Below, piece after piece: positions 50,200 to 60,863 of a stretch of 64,000 nucleotides of DNA. Position numbers and translations under genes: made by a program. Under the pieces are notes generated by a model. The model did not search any database. It saw only the letters and a list, made by a program, of their open reading frames with translations, and was not told the DNA's origin. The stretch is from Callorhinchus milii. Its lineage: Eukaryota. Location: contig NW_024704742.1 in assembly GCF_018977255.1 (NCBI RefSeq), forward strand, positions 105,650,001 to 105,714,000, written 5' to 3'. Within the stretch, counting starts at the first letter, position 1. The number at the start of each line of letters is the position of its first letter.

Positions 50200-52380
50200 T
50201 CCTTACGCTTCTGTTTACCTAGCAGTCAGTAGGAACCCAGTTGTCAGTCGATTGTCGGATCACTTTTCTGGGGGTAATGATTCCTGTAAAAAAAAATATT
50301 TAAAAATTGGTCACTTCAATCCACAACAGTTTATGGGACACTGTTGCATGCAACTGGTTGCTGTGTTTCACTGACAAAATATACATTTTGTCATTTCACT
50401 TTACGGTATATTCTGTGAAGTGCTGTGAGACGTCTCGAAGATGTGAGACAGCGCTTGTCAAAGTCACAAACGACATTCTCTCTATCTGTGACCAGGGCTC
50501 CCTCTGTCTCCTTGTCCTCCTGGATCTCTTTGCCGCATTCGACACAGTCTACCAGCCATCCTCCTCCACCACCTCTCCTCCCTCATCCACTTTAATGGGA
50601 CCGCACTTGCATGGTTCAAGTCCTACTTAACCAACCACCTCCATTTCATTTCGGCAAATGGTTTCTCCTCTCACACCTGCGCTCGGTTACCTGCGGGATA
50701 CCCCAGGACTCCATCTTTGGCCCTCTTCTTTTCCTTATCTATATGCTTCCTCTGGGCGATGTCATCCACAGATACAGGATAAATTTCCACATGTATGTGG
50801 ATGACACACAAATCTACTTTGCCTCCTCCAGTACCATCTCCAGACCCGCCGATGTTCTATCAGTTCGTCTGGCAGACATCAGGGCCTGGATGAATGCAAA
50901 CTTCCTGCAGCTGAATATGGACAAGACGGAAGCCATACTCCTTGACTCCTATCAACGTCTTCACTCCTATGGATCTAAGTTCCTCAACCTCCCTGGGCTC
51001 TCCCTCAGACTCACCGAACTAATGTGCAACCTAGGCGTCCAGTTCGACCCCCAGCTGTCCTTCCTCCCCCACATCCGGTCCTTGACCAGGACCACCTTCC
51101 TTCACCTCCACTACATTGCCCACCTTGGACCATACCTTACACAAAAATGCTGCCGAAACCCTCGGGCATGCATTTGTCACCTCCCGCCTGGATTACTCAA
51201 AGATTCCAGCTCATTCAAAATTCTGCTGCCCGCATACTTACCCGGATCAAACTCCGTACCTACATCTCACCAGTTCTCCATAACATCGCCCGACTCCGCC
51301 ACTACCTCACCCCTCAGGCCGCTGAAACTCTTGTTCATGCCTTCATCACCTCAAGGCTCGACTATGCAAACGCCCTGCTTGTCGGCCTTCCCAACTCCTC
51401 CCTCCACAGGCTGCAGATAATCCAGAATTCTGCAGCGCGTGTCCTCTCCCTCACCAAACTCCGTGACCCCATCTTCCCCCCTCTCGCCTGACTCCATTGG
51501 CTCCTTATCTTTCAGAGGATCCAGTTCAAGATCCTGGCCCTCACCTACAAAGCCCTCCATGGCCTCGCCCCACCCTACCTTTGCAACATCCTAACCCCCT
51601 ACCAACCCACCTGTTCCCTTCACTCAACCGGCTCTGGCCAGCTCCACGTCCCCCGACCCACCTATCCCATCATTGGTGGGAAAGGCTTCAGCCACTCTAA
51701 CCCCAACCTCTGGAATTGCATCTCCTGATCACTCCGTTTCGCCCCCTCCTTAGCCTCCTTCAAGTGCTGCCTCAAGACTCTCCTCTTCGACCATGCCATC
51801 GGCCACCCCCCTTGCCCTCCCCTCCTTTCTCCCCCCCTGACCACAGCTTGGATCTGAAATGCTGTATATTGTCCAGTGCCTTGGGACATCCTCCCGACGT
51901 GAAAGACGCTATACAAATGTAATCTTGTTGTTGTTGTTCTGGCCAGGCTCCACTGGCTCCCCATCACCAAATGGATTGACTTCAAGATCCTCACACTTGT
52001 GTTCAAATCCCTTCACTCTCTGGCACCGCCCAATCTCTCCGATCTCCTCACTCCCCAATCCAGCACCCGTCGCCTCCACTCGACTGGCACCGGTTTCCTG
52101 CTCGTCTCTCACACCCTCTACCCCACCATCAAAGGTCGCGCTATGCCCCGAAACTCTGGAAAACTCTCCCTCAAGCCCTCTGTCTTGCCTCCCCTCTCTC
52201 CCCTTTTTCCAGTCCCGCTTTTTCAACTGTGCTTACCGCCATCACCCCCCCCCCCCCCCCCGCCCACCCGGCTCGGAGTCATTCTCTGCCACTGTTAAAT
52301 GAGGCTACCCTGCATGGAGGGTGCTATATAACTGCAAGTTGTTGTTGTTGTATATCAAATGCAAGGATTATTATTATTGT
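50200..52380 (+). mobile_element. Nested stack: SINE family B containing an L2 LINE (about 50444-52350) containing a second L2 (about 51279-51938)
   Basis: ETALVKVTNDIL, DLFAAFDTV, GIPQDSIFGP, FHMYVDDTQIY; the QNSAAR segment and the tail each occur twice; SINE tail resumes at 52351. Confidence 0.85.
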
Positions 52381-53094
52381 TACTTACTTCTCAGAACTAT
52401 GGAAATTCAGTACAAGGCCAATGCAGCTCTCCCACCCTCCCACCTGCTAAACCATGTAACCTTTTACATTTTTTCTCTTCAAATTCTTATCCAATTCCCT
52501 TTTAACTTTTTTTTGTTATGGTGTTAGCTTCAAAATTCCATGTTCTGATAACTCTGCATGCAAAAAATTCTAATTTCACCCTTAAACTCTTCCTGTGACG
52601 ATCCTGAATTTATGCCCACTTGTTACCAATTCAATAACCAGCAGGAATAAACTTCAATAGCCATATAAAACTCTGCTGAAAGTGACCTACATTTAAAAGA
52701 TAGAATACAGAAAAATCCGCTGCAGCATTTAAACTGACAAAAGAAAAGATTAACGAATAAGAAGTCACACAAAAACATGAAAATCACAAAAGTAATTCTT
52801 GTTAAAGTATCCTATCCAGAATCCATTTGCAGCCGATCACTGTCAGATGTGAACAGTTTCAGGTAGATGCATCAGTAATTATTATTAGTAAGTACCAAAC
52901 TCATTTGTTTGAATTCCATGTGTCAATGGGTTTAGCACTTTGTGTCACCATTTAGTTTTTACCGATGTAATTTGTGTAGTGAATATAATATATGAAGCTC
53001 AGTTTAAATGCTGATGGCACTGCGGCAGGAAAATAACATAGCAATGTCCTACATACCGTTCATACAAATCTTAGATTCTAATCAAAGGCAATAA

Positions 53095-54288
53095 AATTAA
53101 TAATAATCCTTGCACTTGAAAGAGCACCTGATCATGTTGTCGCAACGTCTCAAAGCACAGGATTTTACGATGAAGTGTGGTGACTTTGTAGATGAATGTG
53201 GCAGCCAATTTGCACACAGCAATGTCCCACAAACAGCCATGAAGTGAATGACCAAGTTTATTCAGAGAATTGATGTCCAGGATGCTAATCCCTTCTCTTT
53301 TTGAACAGTGCCCATGGGATCTTTGACATCCACCTGAACAGGCAGGCGGGACCTGAGTTTAATGTCTCACTCGAAGGAAGGCAAATCCAACAATGCACTG
53401 CGCTGAATTGTCAGCACAGTCTGTGAAGTCAAAGTCCCAATGTGGGGCTTGAACAAACTGAATTACTATCATCTATTATAAGTAACCTTCTGATTCAGAG
53501 GAGAGGTTGCTATCAACTGAGCCAGGAGGTATATTCTTTGAATTCAAGATTCTTCAGTGTCAAATTCTTCCAAGGCCTTGCCCCACCCTCTCTCTGCAAC
53601 CTCATGTGACCCTACCGCCCAGGCCGCTCCTTCCACTCAGCAAACACCAATCTGCCTGATCTGCCCCATCATCAGTGGGCACACTTTCTGCCATTCTTCT
53701 CTGGTTTTTAAGAACTCCATCTCAGAGTCACTCCACCAGCTCCCTCTCTCCCCATCTTCAAAGCTTGGTGATCTTTCGACTCTGTTTTTGGTCAACTTTC
53801 CCTCCCCTCTCGTAGCTCGAGCTCCCAGTCAGCAGTGCAAAGCGCTTTGAGAAATCCTTGCAACATCAAAGACGCTATATAAATGTAAAGTGTTGTTGCT
53901 GATAGCACTGTTGGAGGTAGTTATATAATATGTATAATAATCCTTGCATTTGTATAGCGCCTTATCACATCATTTAGACGTCTCTGAATATACTGTAAAG
54001 TTGACTGTATATTTTGTGAGTGAAACGCAGCCGCCAATTGCGCACAGCAGTGTCCTACAAACAGTCATGGATTGAGTGACCAATTTATTATTATTATTTT
54101 TTTCGAAGGAATTATTATCCCCAGAAAAGTAATCTGAAAATCAACTAACAACCGGGTTCCTACTTACTGCTAGGTAAACAGAGTTGTATGGAGTAAGGAA
54201 ACTTGCCCAACATTTCGCCCTGCCGGGAATCAATCCCAAGTCTCTCGCTTGCGAAGCGAGCGCTCTTACCACTGAGCTACAGGACTCC
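53095..54288 (-). mobile_element. SINE family A (53095-53525, -), L2 3' fragment (53545-53900, +), SINE family B full length (53930-54288, -)
   Basis: Co-linear with the other copies; family B head GGAGTCCTGTAGCTCAGTGGTAAGAGCGCTCGCTTCGCAAGCGAGA is clearly tRNA-like. Confidence 0.8.
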
Positions 54289-55029
54289 ATATGGCCCATA
54301 CCCATTTTCCACCCTCCCTCCAGGATAGCACCTGTTCTCCTCCACATTAAATGCTTCGTACTGCAATTATGTCAGATTTAAGCTGATCCACCCAGCAGAT
54401 TTCCATACTGAGACCAGAGGAGCTGGCTCAGTTGCACATCAGCTTTAAGCATCAGCTTGGCTCGGTCAAGTTCAAAAGAAGGTAGTTTTTTTTAAAATCT
54501 GTAAATTTGCCAGGAATTTTCCATGGGTGTCAGATACCTTTATGTGATGTAGGAAACTTAATAACTATTCAGGGGGCCATTTGCCTATAATGTCTTTTTA
54601 CTGTAACAATGTTACAGGAATTTCTCTGCTTCTCATTGCACTCTGATCTTTTACTTGTACAGATGATAGTAATTCAGTTTGTGACTTTGATCTGATAACA
54701 CACAAGTTATGTTCCAAATCATTTCCATACATACAGTCCCACAGCTATTGCCACAGGTTCTTATGTCATCATCAGGTGACACCACTAATGGAAAAAGTAG
54801 ATAGCATGCACAGTCTATCTGTCTTGCTTATCAGATTGGAGGCACAACTAGAATAGGTTCAGTGTCAGGTATTTAAGTTTCATGTAGATTATTATTCCCA
54901 AAAGGAACAATAAACCCCCTTCCTCTAACTCAAAGTACAAGATTACAAATTCTTTCTGCTTTCTGCTCAGATCCTTCTATTTTCACTCATCTTGATTCGG
55001 GGTCATTGCTGTAAATACAACATATTTAA

Positions 55030-56815
55030 ACAGCTTGGCCCAATTGATAGCAATTTCACCTCTGGGTCAGAAGGTTGTGGGTTCAAGCCCCAGATTGGGA
55101 CTTGAGCTCATAGTCTAGGCTGACTCTCCACTGCAGTACTGCATTGTCTCCTTCGTTCAGCTGGTTTTGGTTTGTTTGCATCTTTGTCCCATCTGCTCCC
55201 CAGGTTTTCAGCCACTACACCCTGAAACTCTGGAACTCTCTGACTCAATCCCGCCACCTTGCCCACTCCTTGCATCTCTTCAGATCGCATCTGAAGACCT
55301 TGCTCTTTGACTGTGCCTATGGTCACTTCCCCTCTCTGAAGGATTCAGTGTCAAGTTCCGCCACTGTTAAGCGCTTCGAGACTCTACCCTGTGCGAAGAG
55401 ATATATAAATGCAAGTTGTTGATAATAATAATCTTTGCATTTGACGTATTGCCTATCACGTCACTGGGAACGTTTCAAAGCGCTTCACAGAATATACTGT
55501 AAAATTAATTGACTATATTTTGTGGGAGAAACGCAAAAGCCAATTGCGCACAGCAGTGTCCCACAAAAAATTGTGGCTAAGGTGAACAAATTATTATTTA
55601 TTCATTTTTTGAAAAAATTATTACCTCACCAACAGGAAACATAGCATGTGGGTGGATCAAAATGAAATCCTCTCAGTAAGGGATTTGCAATTTTGAATGG
55701 GAAGAAATTTTCCCCTTTTTTGGTGGGGGAGGGCTTTGGAAGGGTAATTAACCTCTAAAAGTGATCCGCCAATCGACTAACAACTGGATTCCTACTTACT
55801 GCTAGGTAAATAAAAATGTGTGGAGTAAAGAAACTTGCCTAAGGTTTCGCCCCGCTCGGGAATCGAACTCTGGTCCTCTTGTTTGCGAGGCGAATGCTCT
55901 AACCATTACACTACAGGACTCCTGTAGAGTATTGTTGTTGTTGTTGTTGTTGTCAGAGGTACAGTCTGTCAGCTGAGTCGTTAAACCAAGTTCCCATCTA
56001 GCATTTTGGCAAGATGAATGTTAAAGATCCCATGACACTATTCAAAGAAAGGAGGGAATTACTCTCAGTGCATTGACTAATACATACAGAATTAATTGCT
56101 ATCAGCATTTCTATTATTGTAGCATGTGACTACTAGGATGGTAGAAGGCGACCTAGATGGACCTTGGTCTTTTTTCATTTAGTAATTCCTATTTTCCTAT
56201 GTCCTGGCCAACAATCCTGCAAATAAATTGGTCATTCAAGTAGCCTCATGAATATTTATAGGACATTGGTGTGTGCAAATCGGCTGCAGCATTTGTCTAC
56301 AAAAAGTCACTATTGTTCCTAGTCATTACTGTAAAGAGCTTTGGTACATTTATAATGTGATAAAGCACTAAAAATGCAAATTCTTTCTTCTATTGGTCTA
56401 AGTTTGGCTCAGTTAGTAGCAGTCTTACCTCTGAGACAGAAGATTGTGAGTTCAAGACCCACATCAGAACTTTGACCTTACAGTCTCGGCTGACACTCCA
56501 GTACAGTGCTGGGGGAATTGTTGGAGGTGCCGTCCTTCTGATGAGACATTAAACCGGGGTCATTTCTGCCTGTTCAGATGGAAGTTAAAGAGCCCCTAGC
56601 ACTATTTGAAAAAAGAGAAGGGTGGATTTCCAACTGTCCTGGGCGACAATTCCCCAGATAGAATTGATCATTCACTTCATGGCTGTTTGTGGTAATTTGC
56701 TGTGTCATATTTATCTACCAAATATACGGTCACTAAATCCTGTGAAACGCTTTGAGATATCCTCTTGATGTGAAATGCGTTGTATACCAAATGCAAGTTT
56801 TTTTTTATTAAAAAA
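55030..56815 (+). mobile_element. SINE family A interrupted by L2, SINE B and CR1-tail insertions (55030-56390), then a second full family A copy (56400-56815)
   Basis: Head stops at gcattgtc (about 55148) and the core resumes at ttgtcagagg (about 55950). Confidence 0.75.
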
Positions 56816-57059
56816 AGGTTCTCTGAGGTAATATGTAATCTCAGATACATCAAAAATATCGCGTCCCTGTATAATGCTGGCATAGCAAAACTCTTGCATA
56901 AAATCAAATATGCATTATTTCAATAACAAATATACAGTATATTATAAAATGAAACTTACCAGGGAGAGGTAAAATCTAATATAACCTCCAAATTGAGAAA
57001 GCTTTTATCTTTTTGAGCTCCTGTCACAGGATCTGAACGTGTCAATTCAATTTTAAAAA

Positions 57060-57310
57060 AATGTGGTCACTCGGTTTGCGGGACAATGCGCAGTTAGCTG
57101 CGCATTGGTTGGTTTGCAGGGGTGTGCGCAATTGGCTGCCGTGTTTCACCCACAAATATACAGTCAATTCACTTTACAACTCCAACAACTTGCACTGAGA
57201 GAGCGCCCTTCACGTGGGGTAGCGTCCCGGAGCGTATATTCTGCGAAGCGCTTTGCGATATCCGAACACTGCGATAAGGCGTGACACCAAACGCAAGGCT
57301 TATTGTTATT
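57060..57310 (+). mobile_element. SINE tail, CpG-enriched, with an inverted L2-tail insertion
   Basis: Matches the shared tail on both sides of about 57178-57234. Confidence 0.7.
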
Positions 57311-58129
57311 AGACCCCAGTAACTTACTCGTGTGACTACTGCTGTGAACATCATTTTGTGACCACGACAAAGAGCGAGAAAGTGCGTGTGACAGTGAGGA
57401 TGTGCAGACGTGCAGATGGTGATGCTGCCGCCAGGGGGAGTGTTGGGGCTGTCTAACACGTGTCTGTGATCTGTAAATTCAGTCCTGGAGACTGACTGAG
57501 CAGTCAGACAACATTTACATTCCCCTAATAAACTGCAGAGTGGAAACAGCAGTCACGACGTGCAAAACGCAGGCAAGTAGTGGTGCTCACAGACGCTCCA
57601 CATACTGCTTGCATTTGTGCATTTGGGGACAGGCAGTGCTGTGATAGCGTCTGTGGTGCATTGGCTTTTTGGTAGCGAGTTCAAGCTCACTCTTTGCAAT
57701 ATATTGGATGGAAGAAACCGGTGAAACATTGGCCACTGATCACTGATGTTGATGCGTTTGTTTCATCGGGTGCACACAACGTGGCACAATAACAGCAGCC
57801 GACCTCTCCCCCCCCCAGTGCTCTGTAACTGGTTTATTTTTACATCACCTGCATGGGCAGAGACTTAACCTGATGATTATTCCCGAAGGAAAACAGATTG
57901 CAACGTATTTTGTTTTGATTTTTTTTAATTGTAAAATAAAAGTTACACGGTCTTCGTTTGCAAATTATTATGAACAGGTCGGTTTAAGAGCACAAATGCA
58001 CGATGTAGAAGGTGATAATCACAGTGTGGCTGTGGTACCCAGAGTCAGATGGTGCTATTATTTTTTTCAATGAAGTCAGCAGACTGTGCAAAATGCTTTT
58101 TTTTTAATACACACACAACCAGGTGATTG

Positions 58130-58888
58130 CTATTGGGGGGAGTGGGGGGGAGTGGGGGGGGGGGGTGTGGGGGTGGAGGTGGGGGTCGGTGATGGCTTTG
58201 ATGGTTACAGATCCCTTACAGAGGCTGTGGTGCTAACTTGATGTGATTTGCCCTGTGCTCTGCATCGCACATATTAGAGAGGAGAGGAGGTGTGTGTGGG
58301 GGGGGAGTGAGAGAGAGAGAGAGAGAGAGAGGGGGAGGGAGGGAGGGAGGAGAGGGGCGAGAAGTGGGAGGGAAGGGGGTAGATGGGTTGGGACTTTTGC
58401 AGCCTATGGGCTCCTTGGAGGAGGAGGAGGGGGAGGAGGAGATCTTGCAATCCCCGCCTACCCCCAAAGCCGCTCCTCCGAGGCTGGTGAGCACCTCCCC
58501 GGCCTCCAAAACAACTCGGCTTCGCCAAGACTCAATGAACCCGGGGAGCTCGGCTCGCACTGGGTACTGTGCGCTGCGCTGCGCCCCACAGCTCCAGCTC
58601 CAGCTCCAGCAGCTCCTCCAGCTCCAGCTCCAGCTCCAGCTCCAGCTCCAGCACCAGCTCCAGCTCCAGCAGCTCCTCCAGCTCCAGGTCCAGCAGCTCC
58701 TCCAGCACCAGCTCCAGCTCCAGCTCCAGCACCAGCTCCAGCTCCAGCAGCTCCAGCACCTTCGGATGTCTCCTCCTCCCCGGGCTCAGCACTGATCGCC
58801 TCTCCCTCCCCACCTGCAGAGAGGAGAGAGAGAGAGAGAGAGGAGAGAGGGAAGCGGATCGAGGCAGATTGCTGTTTATCCAACAGAG

Positions 58889-58920
<32 letters not shown>

Positions 58921-59789
58921 TTTTGGAGCTGCTCCTCGCTGTTTGCTCTCTCTCTGGGACCCCCGTTTTGCTGAGCGCTCGTTGCCCGATTGACTGTGTG
59001 TGTGTATATATATATATTTGTAATATATATATATTTCTCTCTGCAACAAGCAGTTTTGTTTGCAAAGCTCGTCGTTCTTCAGACTGAGACACAGAGAACG
59101 AAAGGAAGGAAGGAAGGAAGAAAGAAAAAGAGAGAGAGAAATCAAAAAAAAAAAGACCTTCATCACTTTGGGGGAAGAAGAAAAGTAAAGGGTGGGGAAA
59201 AGATGCTGTGATTGACTTGACTTGACTTGACTGCTCCTGAGCCTCGGATCTCCGTCTGTGGCCTCTCTCACACCCCCAGGAACTCAGCACCGATCTGTTT
59301 AAAGCCCTTCACTACATCGCCTTCTCTCATCAGAAGCGCAGAGAGAGAGAGAGAGAGAGAAATAAAAGGAGAGAGACTTCTGGGGCTGTGTGACCCCCTC
59401 CCCCCCCCCCCCCTTCCCCGCTGTATGTATATATATATGTACACATATATATATATATTTGCGCCCCAATTGCGTTTGCAGATCACCGACCTCACCTCGA
59501 TTCGCTTTGCTGAGAGGCGCACAGAACTTTCCTCTCGTCTCTCAGATTTGTTTTTGACACAAAAATAATCATAATTTTTTTTTGCCCTCCACCCCCCCAC
59601 CTCCACCCCCCACCCCACCTCCACCCCCCACCTCCACCCCCACCCCACCTCCACCTCCACCCCCCACCCCCACCCCCCGCTTTCTCTCGTGCTTTTCCTG
59701 TCGCCGTTGTTAATGTGTGTCAGACCTGCGTGTGTGCCCGTGAATTAATATCGCCTCTCTCTTGCAACCTGGGTGGTCCCGACCGTGGT

Positions 59790-59820
<31 letters not shown>

Positions 59821-60087
59821 TCGACTTGCCCCCCACTCCCCCCACTCCCCCCACTCCCCCCACTGCCAACCTGGACTCTCAGATCCATCGCAAATCCATC
59901 GGGACTTGAATGAAAGTGATACACTGACGGATCAACTTTCTGGGGGGGTGGGGTGTGTCAGAGAGGGAGAGAGAGACTGAGAGACTGAGAGAGAGAAAGG
60001 AGGAAGAAGAGAAGAAGAAGAAGGAGAAGAAGAAGAAGAAGAGAGTGAGAATCCCTCTTATCCGCTCCAGGACTTGTCTCCGAGGCC
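58130..60087 (+). promoter_or_regulatory. EFNA5: EFNA5 promoter and 5' UTR region, CpG-rich and microsatellite-laden
   Basis: CpG density rises sharply, TEs disappear, G tracts, (GA)n, (TA)n and (CA)n directly upstream of the EFNA5 ATG. Transcription start not determinable. Confidence 0.7.
58589..58760. repeat. (CAGCTC)n hexamer repeat with CAGCAC/CAGCAG/CTCCTC variants
   Basis: Directly visible; stop-free, producing the overlapping PA, QL, S, AG and EL low-complexity ORFs. Confidence 0.95.
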
Positions 60088-60206
60088 ATGATCAACGTGG
60101 AGATGTGTTTGGTCTTCCTGGTGCTGTGGATGTGTGTTTGGTCCCAGGAATCGGGCAAAGTGGTGGCCGATCGTTACGCTGTGTACTGGAACAGCACTAA
60201 CCCCAG
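60088..60206 (+). CDS. EFNA5: Ephrin-A5 exon 1 (signal peptide and start of receptor-binding domain)
   Basis: Kozak GAGGCCATG; translates MINVEMCLVFLVLWMCVWSQESGKVVADRYAVYWNSTNP(R); donor AG|GTAACC at 60207, phase 2; the VFLVLWMCV and ADRYAVYWNS.NPR segments match ephrin-A5. Absent from the ORF track because it is short. Confidence 0.95.
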
Positions 60207-60475
60207 GTAACCCCGCGCTGCTGCTGCTGCTGCTTTTTTGTGGGGGTGTTTTTTTTTTCTTTTTCTCCCCCCCCCCCCGAGATCAGAGGGAGAGGGAGAG
60301 AGGGAGGGAGGGAGACGTTTTTCTCTCTTGTGTGGAAGGCGCTGCCACTGAAGTGGAGCCCAGGATCGCCCCTTCGTGAGAAACAGCAACCAGGAACCTG
60401 CTGAACTCTCACCCACACACACACACACACACACAAAAAAAGGTGCAGCGTTGCATATGTGTCTGTGAGAAGCAC

Positions 60476-60531
60476 CACTCCCTCCCTCACTCACTCACTC
60501 CCTCACTCACTCACTCACTCACTCACTCACT
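60476..60531. repeat. (CACT)n tetranucleotide repeat
   Basis: Directly visible. Confidence 0.9.
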
Positions 60532-60630
60532 GGTCGTTCTAACTACTGTGCATTAGGAGAAAAGGGATCTGCAGAGGAAAATCTTAAAAAAAGGATGGAA
60601 ATGTGCAAAGGAAAATCACACAAGATCCCA

Positions 60631-60672
<42 letters not shown>

Positions 60673-60756
60673 CCCCCCCCCTCCCTCCGTAAACAGATCA
60701 CACAGGTGAGCCAGAGAAGGTGCTTTTGCAGGTGAATGAGCCCCTCACTTTGCTCA

Positions 60757-60863
60757 GTGAGTTGAGTGAGTGATGGAGTGAGTTGAGTGAGTGATGGAGT
60801 GAGTTGAGTGAGTGATGGAGTGAGTTGAGTGAGTGATGGAGTGAGTTGAGTGAGTGATGGAGT
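60757..60863. repeat. 21-bp minisatellite (GAGTGAGTTGAGTGAGTGATG), about 5 copies
   Basis: Directly visible, units identical. Confidence 0.9.

Noticed and set aside
50611..51491. 269-aa and 155-aa RT-like ORFs as a functional or domesticated gene
   Set aside because: Frameshifted, 5'-truncated L2 ORF2 pieces with altered motifs and a nested insertion.
54215..54288. tRNA-like sequence as a tRNA gene (also about 55850-55921)
   Set aside because: Continues directly into a SINE body and tail; it is a SINE head.
58243..59290. Long overlapping ORFs of 141-252 aa (poly-PA, QL, S, AG, EL)
   Set aside because: Produced by stop-free simple repeats; no domain or splice structure.
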